In this document: positions 1 to 14,339 of the stretch, piece by piece
How the letters are laid out: each line of letters opens with the position of its first letter
Position numbering within the stretch: the stretch's first letter is position 1
Assembly (NCBI RefSeq): GCF_009914755.1
Contig: NC_060932.1
DNA: 64,000 nt
Origin: the human T2T-CHM13v2.0 reference genome, Homo sapiens
Reading direction: 5' to 3' (one strand)
Translations under genes and position numbers: made by a program
The notes under the pieces: model-generated
What the model was told of the DNA's origin: nothing
Seen by the model: the letters and a program-made list of their open reading frames with translations, nothing else
Database searches by the model: none

Positions 1-1093
<1,093 letters not shown>

Positions 1094-1502
1094 TATTGAT
1101 GAAGAGTCAAACTGTAAAATATTTGAAGAGATTTATTTTGAGCTAAAGTAAGTAACCATGACACAGCCTCTCAGGAGGTCCTGAGAACATGTGCCCAAGA
1201 TGGTCGGGGTACAGCTTTGTTTTACACATTTAGAGAGATACAAGACTTCAATCAAATTCATTTAAGATGTACATTGGTTTGGTCCAGAAAGGTGGGACAA
1301 CTTGAAGCAGGGCTTTCAGGTTATTGGTAGATTTAAAATTTTCAGGTTGATAACTGGCTGAGTTTATCTAAAGACCTGGGGTCATAGAAAGGAAATGTTT
1401 GGGTTGTGATAAGAGGCTGTGGAGACCAAAGTTTTGTCATGCACATAAAGCCTCCAGGTGGCTGGCTTCAAAGAGAATAGATTGTAAATGCTTCTTATCA
1501 GA
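1094..1502 (-). mobile_element. MER4-family ERV1 LTR, truncated
   Basis: gaagagtcaaact-gtaaaatatttgaagagatttatt...caggaggtcctgagaacatgtgcccaag matches the reverse complement of the MER4 LTR 3' portion. It breaks off at the L1 junction near 1500. Confidence 0.8.
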
Positions 1503-4500
1503 AAATTAACAAAGGTATTCAGGACTTGAACTCAGCTCTGGATCAAGTGGACCTAATATACATCTATAAAGGCCAATGACATTATGAAGAAACTATCAAT
1601 TAATGGGCAAAGTAACCAGCTAGCATCACAATGACAGGATCAGAGTCACACATAACAATATTAACCTTAAATGTAAATGGGCTAAATGCCCCAATTAAAA
1701 GACACAGACTGGCAAACTGGATAAAGAGTCAAGACCCATTGATGTGCTATATTCAGGAGACTCACCTCATGTGCAAAGACATACATAGGCTCAAAATAAA
1801 GGGATGGAGAAAAAATTATCAGGCAAGTGGAAAGCAAAAAAAAATAAAAGCAGAGGTTGCAATCCTAGTCTCTGATAAAACAGACTTTAAACCAACAAAG
1901 ATTAAAAAAAAAAAAAAAAGACAAGGGCATTACATAATCATAAAGGGATCAATTCAACAGAAGAGCTAACTATCCTAAATATATACACACCCAATACAGG
2001 AGGACCCAGATTCATAAAACAAGTCCTTAGAGACCTGCAAAGAGACTTAAACACCCCACTGTCAATAGTAGACAAGACAGAAAATTAATAAGGATATTCA
2101 GGACTTGAACTCAGCTCTGCACCAAGTGGGCCTAATAGACATCTACAGAACTCTCCACCCCAAATCAAGAGAATATACATTCTTCTCAGTGCCACATAGC
2201 ACTTATTCTAACATCATCCACATAATTTGAAGTAAAACACTCCTCAGCAAATGTGAAAGAACTGAAATCATAACAGTCTCTCAGACCACAGTGCAATCAA
2301 ATTAGAACTCAGGATTAAGAAACTCATGCAAAACCACACAGCTACATGGAAATTGAACAACCTGCTCCTGAAAGACTCCTGGGCAAATAATGAAATTAAG
2401 GCAGATATCAAGAAGTTCTTTGAAACCAATGAGAACAAAGAGACAATGTACCAGAATCTCTGGGACACAGAGATTCTGCTAAAGCAGTGGTAAGAGGGAA
2501 ATTTATGCCCACTAAATGCTCACATCAGAAAGCTAGAAAGAGCTCAAATTGACCCCCTAACATCATAATTAAAAGAGTTAGAGAAGCAAGAACAAACAAA
2601 TCCAAAAGAAGCAGAAGACAAGAAATAACTAAGATCAGAGCAGAACTGAAGAAGATAGACAATAAAAAATCCTTCAAATAAAAAAAATCAATGAATCCAG
2701 GAGACAGTTTTTTGAAAAAAAAAAAAAAAACTAACAAAATAGACTGCTAGCTAGATTAATGAAGAAAAGAGAGAAGAATCAAATAGACACAATAAAAAAT
2801 GATAAAGGGGATATCACCACTGACCCCACAGAAATACAAACTACCATCATAGAATACTATAAACACCTCTACACAAATGAACTAGAAAATCTAAAAGACA
2901 TGGATAAACTGCTGGACACATATGCCCTTCCAAGACTAAACCAGGAAGAAGTCGAATCCCTGAATAGACCAATAACAAGTTCTGAAACTGAGGTAATAAT
3001 AGTATGCCAACTTAAAAAAGGCCAGGACCAGAAAGATTCACAGTCAAATTCTACCAGAGGTACATAGAGAAGCTGGTACCATTCCTTCTGAAACTATTCC
3101 AAACAATTGAAAAGGAGGGACTCCTCTATAACTCATTTTATGAATCCAACATCATCCTGATAACAAAACCTGGCAGAGACACAACAACAAAAAACTTTAG
3201 GCCAATATCCCTGATGAAAATCAATGTGAAAATCCTCAATAAAATACTGGCAAACTGAATCCAGCAGCCCATCAAAAAGCTTATCCACTAAGATCAAATT
3301 GGCTTCATCCCTGGGATGCAAGGGTGGTCCAACATACACAAATCAATAAACATAATGCATCACATAAAAAAAACCAATGACAAAAACCATATGATCATCT
3401 GAATAGATGCAGAAAAGGCCTTTGATAAAATTCAACATCCCTTCATGTTAAAAACTCTCAATACATTAGGTTTTGATGGAACATATCTGAAAATAATAAG
3501 AGCTACTTAGGACAAACCCTTAGCCAGCATTATACTGAATGGGCAAAAGCTGGAAGCATTCCCTTTGGAAAGCAGCATGAGACAAAGATGCCCTTTATCA
3601 CCATTTCTATTCAACAAAGAATTGGAAGTTTTGGCTGGGACAATAAGGCAAGAGAAATAAATAAAGCATATTCAAATAGGAAGAGAGGAAGTCAAGTTGT
3701 CTGTTTGCAGATGACATGATTTTATATTTAGAAAACCCCATCGTCTCAGCCCCACAACTCCTTAAGCTGATAATCAACTTCAGCAAAATCTCAGGATACA
3801 AAATCAATATGCAAAAATCACAAGCATTCCTGTACACCAACAATAGACAAGCAGAGAGCCAAATTATGAATGAACTCCCATTCACAACTGCTACAAAGAG
3901 AATAAAATACCTAGGAGAACAGCTAACAGGGAGGTGAAGGAGAGCTACAAACCACTGCTCAAGGAAATCAGAGAGGACACAAACAAATGGAAAAACATTC
4001 CATCCTCATAGATAGGAAGAATCAATATCGTGAAAATGGCCATACTGCCCAAAGTAATTTATAGATTCAATGCTATTCCCAGCAAACTACCATTGACATT
4101 CTTCACAGAATTAGAAAAAAATACTTTAAGTTTCATATCGAACAAAAAAAAAAAGAGCCCATATAACCAGGACAATCCTAAGCAAAAAGGACAAAGCTGG
4201 AACCATCCTGCTACCTGACTTCAAACTATACTACAAGGCTACAGAAACCAAAATGGCATGGTACTGGTACCAAAAGAGACATATATACCAATGGAACAGA
4301 ACAGAGACTTTAGAAATAACACCACACATCTACAACTATCTGATCTTTGAGAAACCTGACAAAAAACAAGCAATGAGGAAAGGATTTCCTACTTAATAAA
4401 AGGTGCTGGGAAAACTGGCTAGCCATACATAGAAAACTGAAACCGGACCCCTTCCTTACACCTTATACAAAAATTAACTCAAGATGGATTAAGACTTAAA

Positions 4501-5640
4501 TATAAAACCCAAAACCATAAAAACCCGAGAAGAAAACCTAGGCAATACCATTCAGGACATAGGCATGGGCAAAGACTTCATGATGAAAACACCAAAAGCA
4601 ATGGCAAAAAAAGCCAAAATTGACAATTGGGATCTAATTAAACTAAAGAGCTTCTGCACAGCAAAAGAAACTATCATCAAAGTGAACAGGCAACCTACAG
4701 AATGGGAGAAAATTTTTGTAATCTACTCATCTGAAAAAGGGCTAATATCCAGAATCTACAAGCAACTTAAATTTACAAAAAAATAAAAACCCCATCAAAA
4801 AGTGGGCAAAGGATATGAACACACACTTCTCAAAAGAAGACATTTATGCAGCCAACAGACATGAAAAAATGCTCATCATCACTGATCATTAGAGAAATGT
4901 AAATCAAAACCACAATGTGATACCATCTCATACCAGTCAGAATGGCAATTATTAAGAAGTCTGGAAACAATAGATGCTGGCAAGACTGTGTAGAAATAGG
5001 AACGCTTTTACACTGTTGGTGGAAATGTAAATTAGTTCAGCCATTGTGGAAGACAGTGTGACAATTCCTCAAGGATCTAGAACCAGAAATATCATTTGAC
5101 CCAGCAATCCCATTACTGGGTATATGCCCCAAGGAATATAAATAATTCTACTATAAAGACACATGGACACATATGTTTACTGCAGCACTATTTACAATAG
5201 CAAAGACATGGAACCAACCCAAATGCCCATCAATGATTGACTGGATAAAGAAAATAGGCACACATACACCAAGGAATACTATGTAGCCATAAAAAGGAAT
5301 CAAATCATGTTCTTTGCAGAAATATGCATGAAGCTGGAAGCCATCATTTTCAGCAAACTAACACAGGAAGACAAAACCAAACACTGCATGTTCTCACTCA
5401 TAAGTGGGAGTTGGACAACGAGAACACATGGACACAGGGAGGGGAACAACACACACTGGGGCCAGTCAACAGGTGGAGCAAGGGGAGGGAGAGCATTAGG
5501 ACAAATAGCTAATGCATGCAGGGCTTAAAACCTAGATGACAGGTTGATAGGTGCAGCAAACCACCATGGCAAATATATACCTATGTAACCTACACATTTT
5601 GCACTTGTATCCTGGAACTTTTTAAGTTAAAAACAAAACA
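1499..5640 (+). mobile_element. LINE-1, L1PA8-L1PA10-like, 5'-truncated (inter-ORF spacer, disrupted ORF2, 3'UTR)
   Basis: ORF2 start [19 protein letters not shown] at 1631, EN/RT/C-terminal fragments in several short ORFs, and 3'UTR gggcttaaaacctagatgac with an A-rich tail near 5630. Confidence 0.95.
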
Positions 5641-5746
5641 AGGTATTCAGGCAAGAAATAGCACAATAAATAGAAAAATACCTCACATCTCAATACTAAC
5701 ATTGAATGTAAATGGCCTAAATTCTCCAATTACAAGATACGGAATG

Positions 5747-6020
5747 GGCCGGGTGTGGTGGCTGACACCTATAATCCCAGCACTTTGGGAGGCCAAGGCA
5801 GGCGGATCACCTGAGTTCGGGAGTTTGAGAGCAGCCTGATCAACAAGAAGAGACCCTGTCTCTATGAAAAATACAAAGTTAGCCAGGCGTGGTGGCACAT
5901 GCCTGTAATCCCAGCTACTCAGGAGGCTGAGGCAGGAGAATTGCTTGAACCTGGGAGGCAGAGGTTGCAATGAGCTGAGATCGCGTCAAAAAACAACAAC
6001 AACAACAACAACAACAAAAA
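5747..6020 (+). mobile_element. Alu, Sp-like, with 3' internal deletion and (CAA)n tail
   Basis: Alu dimer flanked by TSD acggaatgg/accgaatgg. The right arm jumps from gagatcgcg to tcaaaa. Confidence 0.95.
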
Positions 6021-9000
6021 CCGAATGGCAGAATGATTAAGAATTCACCAACCAAGTATCTGCTGTCTTCAAGAGATTCTCTTGACACTAAAGAGTCAGT
6101 CACATAAACTTAAGGTAAAGGGGTGGAAACGATATTCCATGCAAATGAATACCAAAAGCAAGCAGAAGCAGTTATTCTTACATCAGACAAAACAAACTTT
6201 AACAGCAGTTAAAAAGGACTAAGAGGGACTATATATGCACCTAACACTGGAGCTCCCAAATTTATAAAACAATTACTACTAGATCTAAGAAATGAGATAG
6301 ATGGCAACACAATAATAGTGGGGGACTTCAATACTTCACTGACAGTACTAGACAGGTCATCAAGATAGTCAAGAGAAAGTGGACTTAAACTATACCCTAG
6401 AACAAATGGACGTAACAGATATTTATAGAACATTCTAACCTGCAACTGCAGAATATACATACTTTTCATCAGCTCATGGAACATTCTCCAAGATAGACCA
6501 TATGATAGGCCACAAAAGAAGTCTTAGTAAATTTAAGAATATCAAAATTATATCAAGTATTCTCTCAGACCACAGTGGAGTAAAATTGGAACTCAACTCC
6601 AAAAGGAACCTCAAAACCATGCAAATACATGGAAATTAAATAACCTGCTCCTAAATGATCATTGGGTACACAATGAAATAAAGATGGAAATTTAAAAATT
6701 CTTTGAACTGAACAATGATAGTGACACAATGTATCAAAACCATTGGGATACAGCAAAGGCAGTAGTAAAAGGAAAGTTCACAGCATTGAATGCCTATATC
6801 AAAAAGTCTGAAAAAGCACAAATAGACAATATAAGGTCACACCTCAAGAAGTTCGAGAATCGAGAACAAACCAAACCCAAACCCAGCAGAAGAAAAGAAA
6901 TAACCAAGATTAGAGAAGAACAAAATAAAATTGAAACAAAAACTACAAAAGATAAATGAAACAAAAGCTGGTTCCTTGAAAAGAAAAATAAAATTGATAG
7001 ACCATTAGCATGATTAACCAAGAAGAGAGAAGATCCAAATAATCTGAATTAGAAATGAAATGGGAGATATTACAACCAATACCATAGAAATATAAAAGAT
7101 TGTTCAAGGCTACTATAAATAGCTTTACATAATAAACTAGAAAATCTAGAGGAGATGAATAAATTCCTGGAAATACACAACTCTCCTAGATTAAATCAGA
7201 AATCAGTGGAAACTCTGAACAGACCAATAACAAGCAGTGATATTTAAATGGTAATTAAAAAGTTACCAAAAACAAAAAAAGTCAAGGACCAGATTCACAG
7301 CTGAATTCTATCAGACATTGAAAGAAGAATCAGTACCAATCTTCTTGACACTATTCCAAAAGATAAAGAGGGAATCCTCCCTAAATCATTCTAAGAAGCC
7401 AGTATCACCCTAATACCAAAAGCAGGAAAGGACCTAACAAAAAAAAAAAAAAAAAAAGAAAAAAGAAAACTACCGACCAGTATCCCTGATTAACATAGAT
7501 GCAAAAATCCTCATGAAAATATTAGCTAACTGAATCCTAAAACATATCAAAACAATAATCCATCATGATCAAGTGGGTTTCATACCAGGGACGCAGGGAT
7601 GGTTTAACATACAAAAGTCAATAAATGTAATACACCACATAAACAGAATTAAAAATCACATGATCATCTCGATAGACCCAGAAAGGGATTTGACAAATTC
7701 CAGCATCCCTTTATGATTAAAACTCTCAGTAAAATCGGCATAGAAGGGACATACCTTAAGGTAATAAAAGCCATTTATGACAAACTCACAGCCAATATTA
7801 TACTAAATGTGTAAAATTGAAAGCATTCCCCCTGAGAACTGGAATAAGACAAGAATGTCCACTTTCACTACTTCTGTTGAACATAGTACTGGAAGTCCTA
7901 GCAAGGGCAATCAGACAAGAGAAAGAAGAGACATCCAAATTGGGAAAGAGGAAGTCAAAAATTGCTGTTTGCTGATGACATGATGGTATACTAGAAAACC
8001 CTAAAGACTCATCCAAAAAGATGAGTTCTTTAACTCATTTTTTGGAACCCTAGGAGTTCTAAAGATTCCTATAACTGATTAATGAATTCAGCAAAGTTTC
8101 AGGATACAAGATTAATGTACATAAATCAGTAGCCTTGCTATACACCAACAGTGACCAAGCCGAGAATCTTGAACTCAACCTCCTTTATGATAGCTGCAAA
8201 AATAAAATACTTAGGAACATAGTTAACCAAGGTGAAAGACCTCTACAAGGAAAAGTACAAAACCCTGCTGAAAGAAATCATAGATGACACAAAAAAATGA
8301 AAACACATCCTATGCTCATGGATGGGTAGAATCAATATTGTGAAAATGATGATACTGCCAAGAACAATCTACAAATTCAATGCAATTCCCATGAAAATGC
8401 CACCAACATTCTACACAGAACTAGAAAAAACAATCCTAAATTTTATATGGAACCCAAAAAGAGGCCACAGAGCCAAAGCAAGACTAAGAAAAAGGAACAA
8501 ATCTGGAGGCATTACATTACCCAACTTCAAACTATAAGGCCATAGTCACCAAAACAACATGGTACTGATATAAAAACAGGCATATAGACCGAAGGAACAG
8601 AATAGAGAACCTGGAAATAAAGCCAAATACCTAGAGTCAACTGATCTTCTACAAGGCAAACCAAAACAAAGTGGGGAAAGGACATTGGCAAGCCACAAGT
8701 GGAAGAATAAAACTGGATCCTCATCTCTCACCTTATACAAAAACTCAAGATGGATCAAAGACTTAAATCTAAGACCTGAAACCATAAAAATTCTAGAAGA
8801 TAACGTAACATAAGAAAAACCCTTCTAGACACTGGCTTAGGCAAAGACTTCATGACCAAGAATACAACAAAGATATATGGGACTTAATTAAATTACAGAG
8901 CATCTGCACAGCAAAATAAATAGCAGAATTAACAGACTACCCATGGAGTGGGAGAAAATCTTCACAATCTATGTGTCCAACAAAGTACTAAATCCAAAGG

Positions 9001-9483
9001 AACTCAAATCATCAAGAACAAAACAAACAATTACATCCAAAAGTAAGCTAAGGACATAGACAATTCTCAAAAGAAGATATAAAAATGGCCAAACATGAAA
9101 AAAGTGCCCAATATAATTATCAGGGAAATGCAAATTAAAACCACAATGCAATACCAGCTTCCTCTGGCAAGAATGACATAATAAAAAAGACAATAAATAA
9201 TAAATTTTGGGTGGATGTGGTGAAAAGGGAACACTTTTATACTGCTAGTGGGAATGTAAACCTGTACAACCACTATGGAAAACTGTGTGGAGATTTCTTA
9301 AGTAACTAAAAGTAGATCTACCATTTGATCCAGCAATTCCACTCCTGGGTACCTACCCAGCAGAAAAAAGTCATTATACAAAAAAGATATTTGCACTCAC
9401 ATATTTTTAGTGGCACAATTCACAATTGCAAAAATATGGAACCAGTCCAAATGCTCAACTAGTGGATAAAGAAAATGTGATTT

Positions 9484-9484
9484 T

Positions 9485-9533
<49 letters not shown>

Positions 9534-9577
9534 GTATACATACACACACACACACCCACACACATATACACACACAC
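9484..9577. repeat. Compound microsatellite (TA)n(TG)n(CA)n inside L1PB
   Basis: Dinucleotide runs are directly visible. Confidence 0.95.
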
Positions 9578-9939
9578 CATGGAATACTACTCAGTCACAA
9601 AAAGGAATGACATAATGGCATTTGCAGCAATCTGGTTGGAATTGGATACCATTACTCTAAATGGAGTAACTCAGGAATGGAAAACCAAACATCGTATGTT
9701 CTTACTCATAAGTAGGAGGTAAGCTATGAGGACTCAAGGGAATAAGAATGGTACAATGGACTTTCGGGATTCAGAGGAAAGGGTGGGAGGGGGGTGAGGG
9801 ATAAAAGACTACACATTGGGTACAGTGTACACTGCTTGGGTGGTGGGGGTACCAAAATCTCAGGTATCACCACTGAAGAACTTATTCATGTAAACAAACA
9901 CTACCTGTTCCCCAAAAACCTAAATTTAAAAATGTTAAA

Positions 9940-10400
9940 CAAATTGACAAAACTAACTAAATCAACTAGATTCCCTTGGCTATTATCAATGGCCTGGATA
10001 GCAATCAGATCCACTCCTACTGTAATATTCAATTTAACCCCTAATAAAATAGTTACTGAGAGACTTTCGTACCTAGTAATAGAACCTCATGTATCTCTTA
10101 TGCTTGTAATCTCTGCTTATGACTAAATACTAGAAGGCTTTAACGCATTATGCCAAAATGTATTTTTACCAACTAAAAGCCGCCGCCCACTGGGAACAAT
10201 CAGAACTTTCATCATCTAGTACCCAGAGATTGGGCCTTTTGGAAACGACACCAGAGAAAGACTGCCCTTGAGCTCTGTTGGAAGGCCATGCCAGATTTTC
10301 ACCACCAATAACTGCAGTAAAACGTCAGGGCCTCAAATCTTGGGTTCACATCTCTCAACCCAAGAGGGTACCTTCAGACTTTTGGAACTTTACACCCGTT
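9940..10400 (+). pseudogene. pol: ERV1 pol remnant (integrase C-terminal part)
   Basis: Translations IAIRSTPT...LTPNKIVT and ITAVKRQGLKSWVHISQPKR resemble gammaretrovirus-like integrase motifs (RSTP...P.E.VTGRP; TAVK..G...WIH.S.LK). Frameshifted. Confidence 0.75.
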
Positions 10401-10499
10401 GCAGATCAAGGTAAAACTGACCAGGCAGGTTTCTACTCAGAAGCAGATGACATCCAAGATGTGGAAAGCTTTCCTAAAATCATGGACCAAGTCGTCTTT

Positions 10500-12030
10500 T
10501 CTATTTTTTGTTTTGTTTTCTTCATGAAACACTTGACCTTTTCCCTGTGTTTCTTTTCTGTTTATACATGGAAAAATAATGTGATAATAAAGATTTCACA
10601 ATTGATAGCATCCATAGGGAACTTAATTGAATATTGGATATGTTATGTCAAAACTAAATCCTACATGATCTAGATACTCTAGTTCACCATGTAACAAATT
10701 GCATGTGATATCCCCAGTGTGACTATTTGTTCCAATTACACATGTAATTCTTTCTATAAAGTTAGGCTTCTCAATTTAGATGTTCAGATTCCTTGCTTAA
10801 ATCTAACAGTAGGGAAAACCTGTAGTGAAATTTTCAGTTAAATTATGCCAGAAATTGAATAATAAAACCAAAACTTACAGGAGAGATAATTTGACAGCTT
10901 GTAGGTAAATTTATAGCCCTCATATATTTGAGATATTTGTCCCCTCCAAATCTGATGTTGAAATGTAATCTCCAGTGTTGTAGGTGGGATCTGGTAGATG
11001 GTGTTTGGGTCATGGGAGCAGATCCATCATGAATGGCTTGGTGCCCTCCCCATGGTAATGAGTGAGTTCTCACTCTGTTAGTTCATGTGAGATGTGGTGG
11101 TTTAAAAGAGCCTGGCATCTTTCTATGGCTTCCTCTCTCACCCTGTGACATGCCTGCTCCCCCTTTTGCCACCTACCATAATTGGGAATTTCCTGAAGCC
11201 CTCACCAGAAGCAGATGTTGACACCATTCTTCTTGCACAGCCTGCAGAACTATGAGCCAAATAAACCTTTATCAATTACCCAGGCTCAGGAATTCCTTTA
11301 TAGCAACACAAAAGAGACCAACACAAACCCTCATTCCTTAATTAACGTACCATCTAACAATGCAGTGATTCAAATAATGGAGGCTTAGGTAAGAATTACT
11401 AGTCCTTTTTTTTTTTTTTAATGAGTGACCCCTATGTACAAGGTATCCCACAGGAAACATCTCTGTTGTGTTCCTATAAGATGTATTTTTTTTCTGTGTA
11501 GGCAGAAAATCATAGTCATGGCCAAATCAGTGTGTCAATAAGTAGAAAATAAGGGGCTAATGTGAATTAGAGATACTAACAGTGCCACATTGCCACTCCA
11601 TAACAAATTAGAAACTGAATATTGGTCTATACTTCTTAATTTACAGCAGGCAGAAATCTCTGTAAGCATTTTTAGTAAAATGCTGCTTACCTGGCTTGGC
11701 ATAAATATAAGTGAGGTCATGATTAGAAATCTGTCTCAAACATTAATCACTATAGCTGACTCTACTGCAAAGACTATAGTTGCCTAGCAAACTTCTTTAA
11801 CTTTTCTTACTAATGTCATTTTAAATCACATGTTTGCTTTGGACTACCTATTGTCTAAACAGAGGGGGTAGTTTGTTAGTTGACATCTCTTGTTGCATGT
11901 GGATAAATGTGTGTGGTATAGTAGAAACTCAGTTCCAAGAAATCAACATACATGTTACCTTCTTAAAATAAGTAGATTCTTCTGGCTCATTTTATAAAAT
12001 TTATGGGATTTTAATGGTTCCCTGTTGAGA
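10500..12030 (+). pseudogene. env: ERV1 env remnant (SU N-terminus and TM with ISD), interrupted by MSTB
   Basis: SU-like WKNNVIIKISQLIASIGNLIEYWIC. TM-like LLTWLG...MIRNLSQTL...ADSTAKTIVA*QTSLTFLTNVILNHMFALDYLLSKQRG then DISCCMWINVCGIVETQ, i.e. an immunosuppressive domain plus the CX6CC remnant. Confidence 0.85.
10920..11325 (+). mobile_element. MSTB-like MaLR solo LTR
   Basis: tttgtcccctccaaatct...gcagatccatcatgaatggcttggtgccctcccc...aacaca, with 5-bp TSD agccc/aaccc. Confidence 0.92.
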
Positions 12031-12182
12031 AAGAGCTTAAAGGTCAGATGATCATCTTCTAAAAATTTAGATAAAGTGTTCTTTTCAATTAAGTGATTTC
12101 ATGGTATTATCATAAAACATGAAAGTAGTTAAAAATTTAGATGGTACCTGCTATCTTCGAGATACTGTTCTGAGGGCATGTG

Positions 12183-12975
12183 CTCACTCATTCATTAAAA
12201 AATGCTTTTTAAATATTAGATGCCAGACATTGTTCTAGGCCCAAGGGTTACATCAAATTCTTACCTTCATAAAGTGGTATTCTAAATGGCATAAATAGCA
12301 TTAATAAGCTACAGAATACTACATGTTAAGAGAAAAATAGAACCAGGAAACGGGATGGAGCATTCAAAAGGAGGATTTGCAATTTTAAATAGGGAAGGTT
12401 TGTTGAGATTATTATTTTTGAGTGAAGATGTGAAGGAGTGAGAGCAAACTATGGGCCCCTCTAGAGTAGAAGCATGGCATGAGTGGGAACAGCAAGTACA
12501 AAGGTCCTGAAGCAAGATGTGTCTTTTGTCTTAGATGAACTGTAAGGAGACCTGTGTGACTGAAGAAAAGTATTACAGGGAAAATTAGCTCAGGGAATTA
12601 AGCTCAGAGGGAGTGAGAGATTCGATTTTGTAGGCCTTCCTAGACCTTGGTTGAGAATTTACTTTTTCCTCCGAGCAAGAATGGGCATCCATTGAAGGAT
12701 TTTGGTGGAGGCATAACATGACTTGGCTTACATCATTATTTGCACAGAATTTATCATAGATAGCAAGGTAGATAGGAGGCTGCTGCAATAATCCAGGAAA
12801 GAGATGATGGCAGTTTTTACCCAGTTGGTGGCAGTGGAGATGGTGAGAAGTGATCAGAGCCTGCATTTATTTTGAAGGCAGAGAGAGCAGAATTTGCTGA
12901 CAAGTTGGATGTGGGGTGTGAAAGAAAAATAGGGACTAGGATGGGCCTGGATTTGAACCTGAGCAATGAAAGTGA
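12183..12975 (-). mobile_element. LINE-2 3' fragment
   Basis: Reverse L2 3' end (cattcatt...tgccagacattgttctaggc) and typical L2 body motifs (gaggctgctgcaataatccagg; ggatgtggggtgtga). Confidence 0.8.
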
Positions 12976-13064
12976 GGTGGGAAGGGTGAAGTTTCAGAGT
13001 AGAGTGGCAGAGATTATCACCAGCTTACAGAACTATCCGTTTAATCATCTTAAAACTCTTTGAC

Positions 13065-13175
13065 GTTATAATCTGCATCTTGAAGATGAAACTGACATAG
13101 AAATTAAGAAACTGGCTAGCATTCAGAAAAAGTGCTGAAGGCAAGATATGAATACAGGTGCCTGACTCAAGATTT
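13065..13175 (-). mobile_element. MIR fragment
   Basis: agatgaaactga...aattaag...gatatgaatacaggtgcctgactcaa resembles the reverse MIR core. Confidence 0.5.
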
Positions 13176-13531
13176 GTCTGTGCTTGGTTTCTCATATAAC
13201 ATGTTATAACATGGTCTCAAATATGATTTAACAATGGAGAAGAAGACGCAGACTTCAGTAACACAAACACTGAGTTGTAGACATCAATCAGAAGAAACAC
13301 AAGATAACTAGGAAAAAAAAGACTGAAATCCCAATTCTGAATATAGACAATGATTCCTTTCTCTTATTAGTCCTTTCTCTTATTAGGAAGAAAACATTTT
13401 TACTAAAGATATTGTTCTCTGGTTAGTTATTGAATTTTAAATACTATTTTTTTCTAATCTAGAATTGATTCTGTCTTATTTATTTGAATTGAGTATGGAG
13501 GCACTCTTTCGCCCCATTTAAAATGGTTTCA

Positions 13532-13845
13532 GGCCAGGTGCAGTGGCTCATACCTATAATCCCAGCACTTTCAGAGGCCGAGGCAGGAAGATTGCTTGAG
13601 TTTAGGAGTTTAAGACCAGCCTGGGAAATGTGGCAAAACCCTGTCTATACAAAAAAAAAAAAAAAAAAAAATCACACAAAAAAAAACAAAATTAGCTGGG
13701 TGTGGTGGCAAGTACCTGTAGTCGCAACTACTTGGGAGGCTGAGATGGGAGGATTGTGTGAGCTTGGGAGGTGGAGGTTGCAGTGAGCTGAGATTGGGCC
13801 ACTATACTCCAGCCTGGGCAACAGAGTCAGACCCTGTTTCAAAAA

Positions 13846-13875
<30 letters not shown>
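13532..13875 (+). mobile_element. AluJ with (TAAA)n tail
   Basis: J-diagnostic gattgcttgag and gggaggattg, an expanded middle A tract, and TSD aaaatggtttca/aaaatgatttca. Confidence 0.95.
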
Positions 13876-13876
<1 letters not shown>

Positions 13877-14339
13877 AAATGATTTCACTTTTGTATCATT
13901 CTGGCTATCAACCTTTCTAATAACAAAAAAAAATTTAATTTTGTATTATATCCTTAGCCATATTTCCTTTTCATAAAGAGAATGTGAAAAATATAGCAAA
14001 GTATAAAAAATATAATCAGGAGGGAATGGTTAATAAGATGGCAGAATAGGGCTTTCTAGCTCTAATCCCCCATAGAAGCATCAGTTTGATCTATTCATGC
14101 ACAAAAATACTTCATAAGAGATAAAGAAACCAGAGGAGAGATTACAGCACCTGGGCTTAGCAGAAAAATAAGAAAATAGCATTTAAGAGTGCAGGAAGAA
14201 CAGTTTTACATTACCTATGTCACCCCTCTCCCAACCAGAGATAGAACAGAATGGAGAGAGAGACCCTCTGCATGGGGAAGGATAGTAAAGTGAGTACTGG
14301 ACATTGCCTCAGATCCCAATACTGGGCTTGCCCAATTAA

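Larger units (their letters stand above)
5641..9932 (+). mobile_element. LINE-1, L1PB family (spacer, decayed ORF2, 3'UTR)
   Basis: L1PB-type ORF2 start (cctcacatctcaatactaacattgaatgtaaatggcc), ORF2 fragments such as [13 protein letters not shown], and L1PB 3'UTR (ctacacattgggtacagtgtacactg...accactgaagaactt). Confidence 0.93.
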
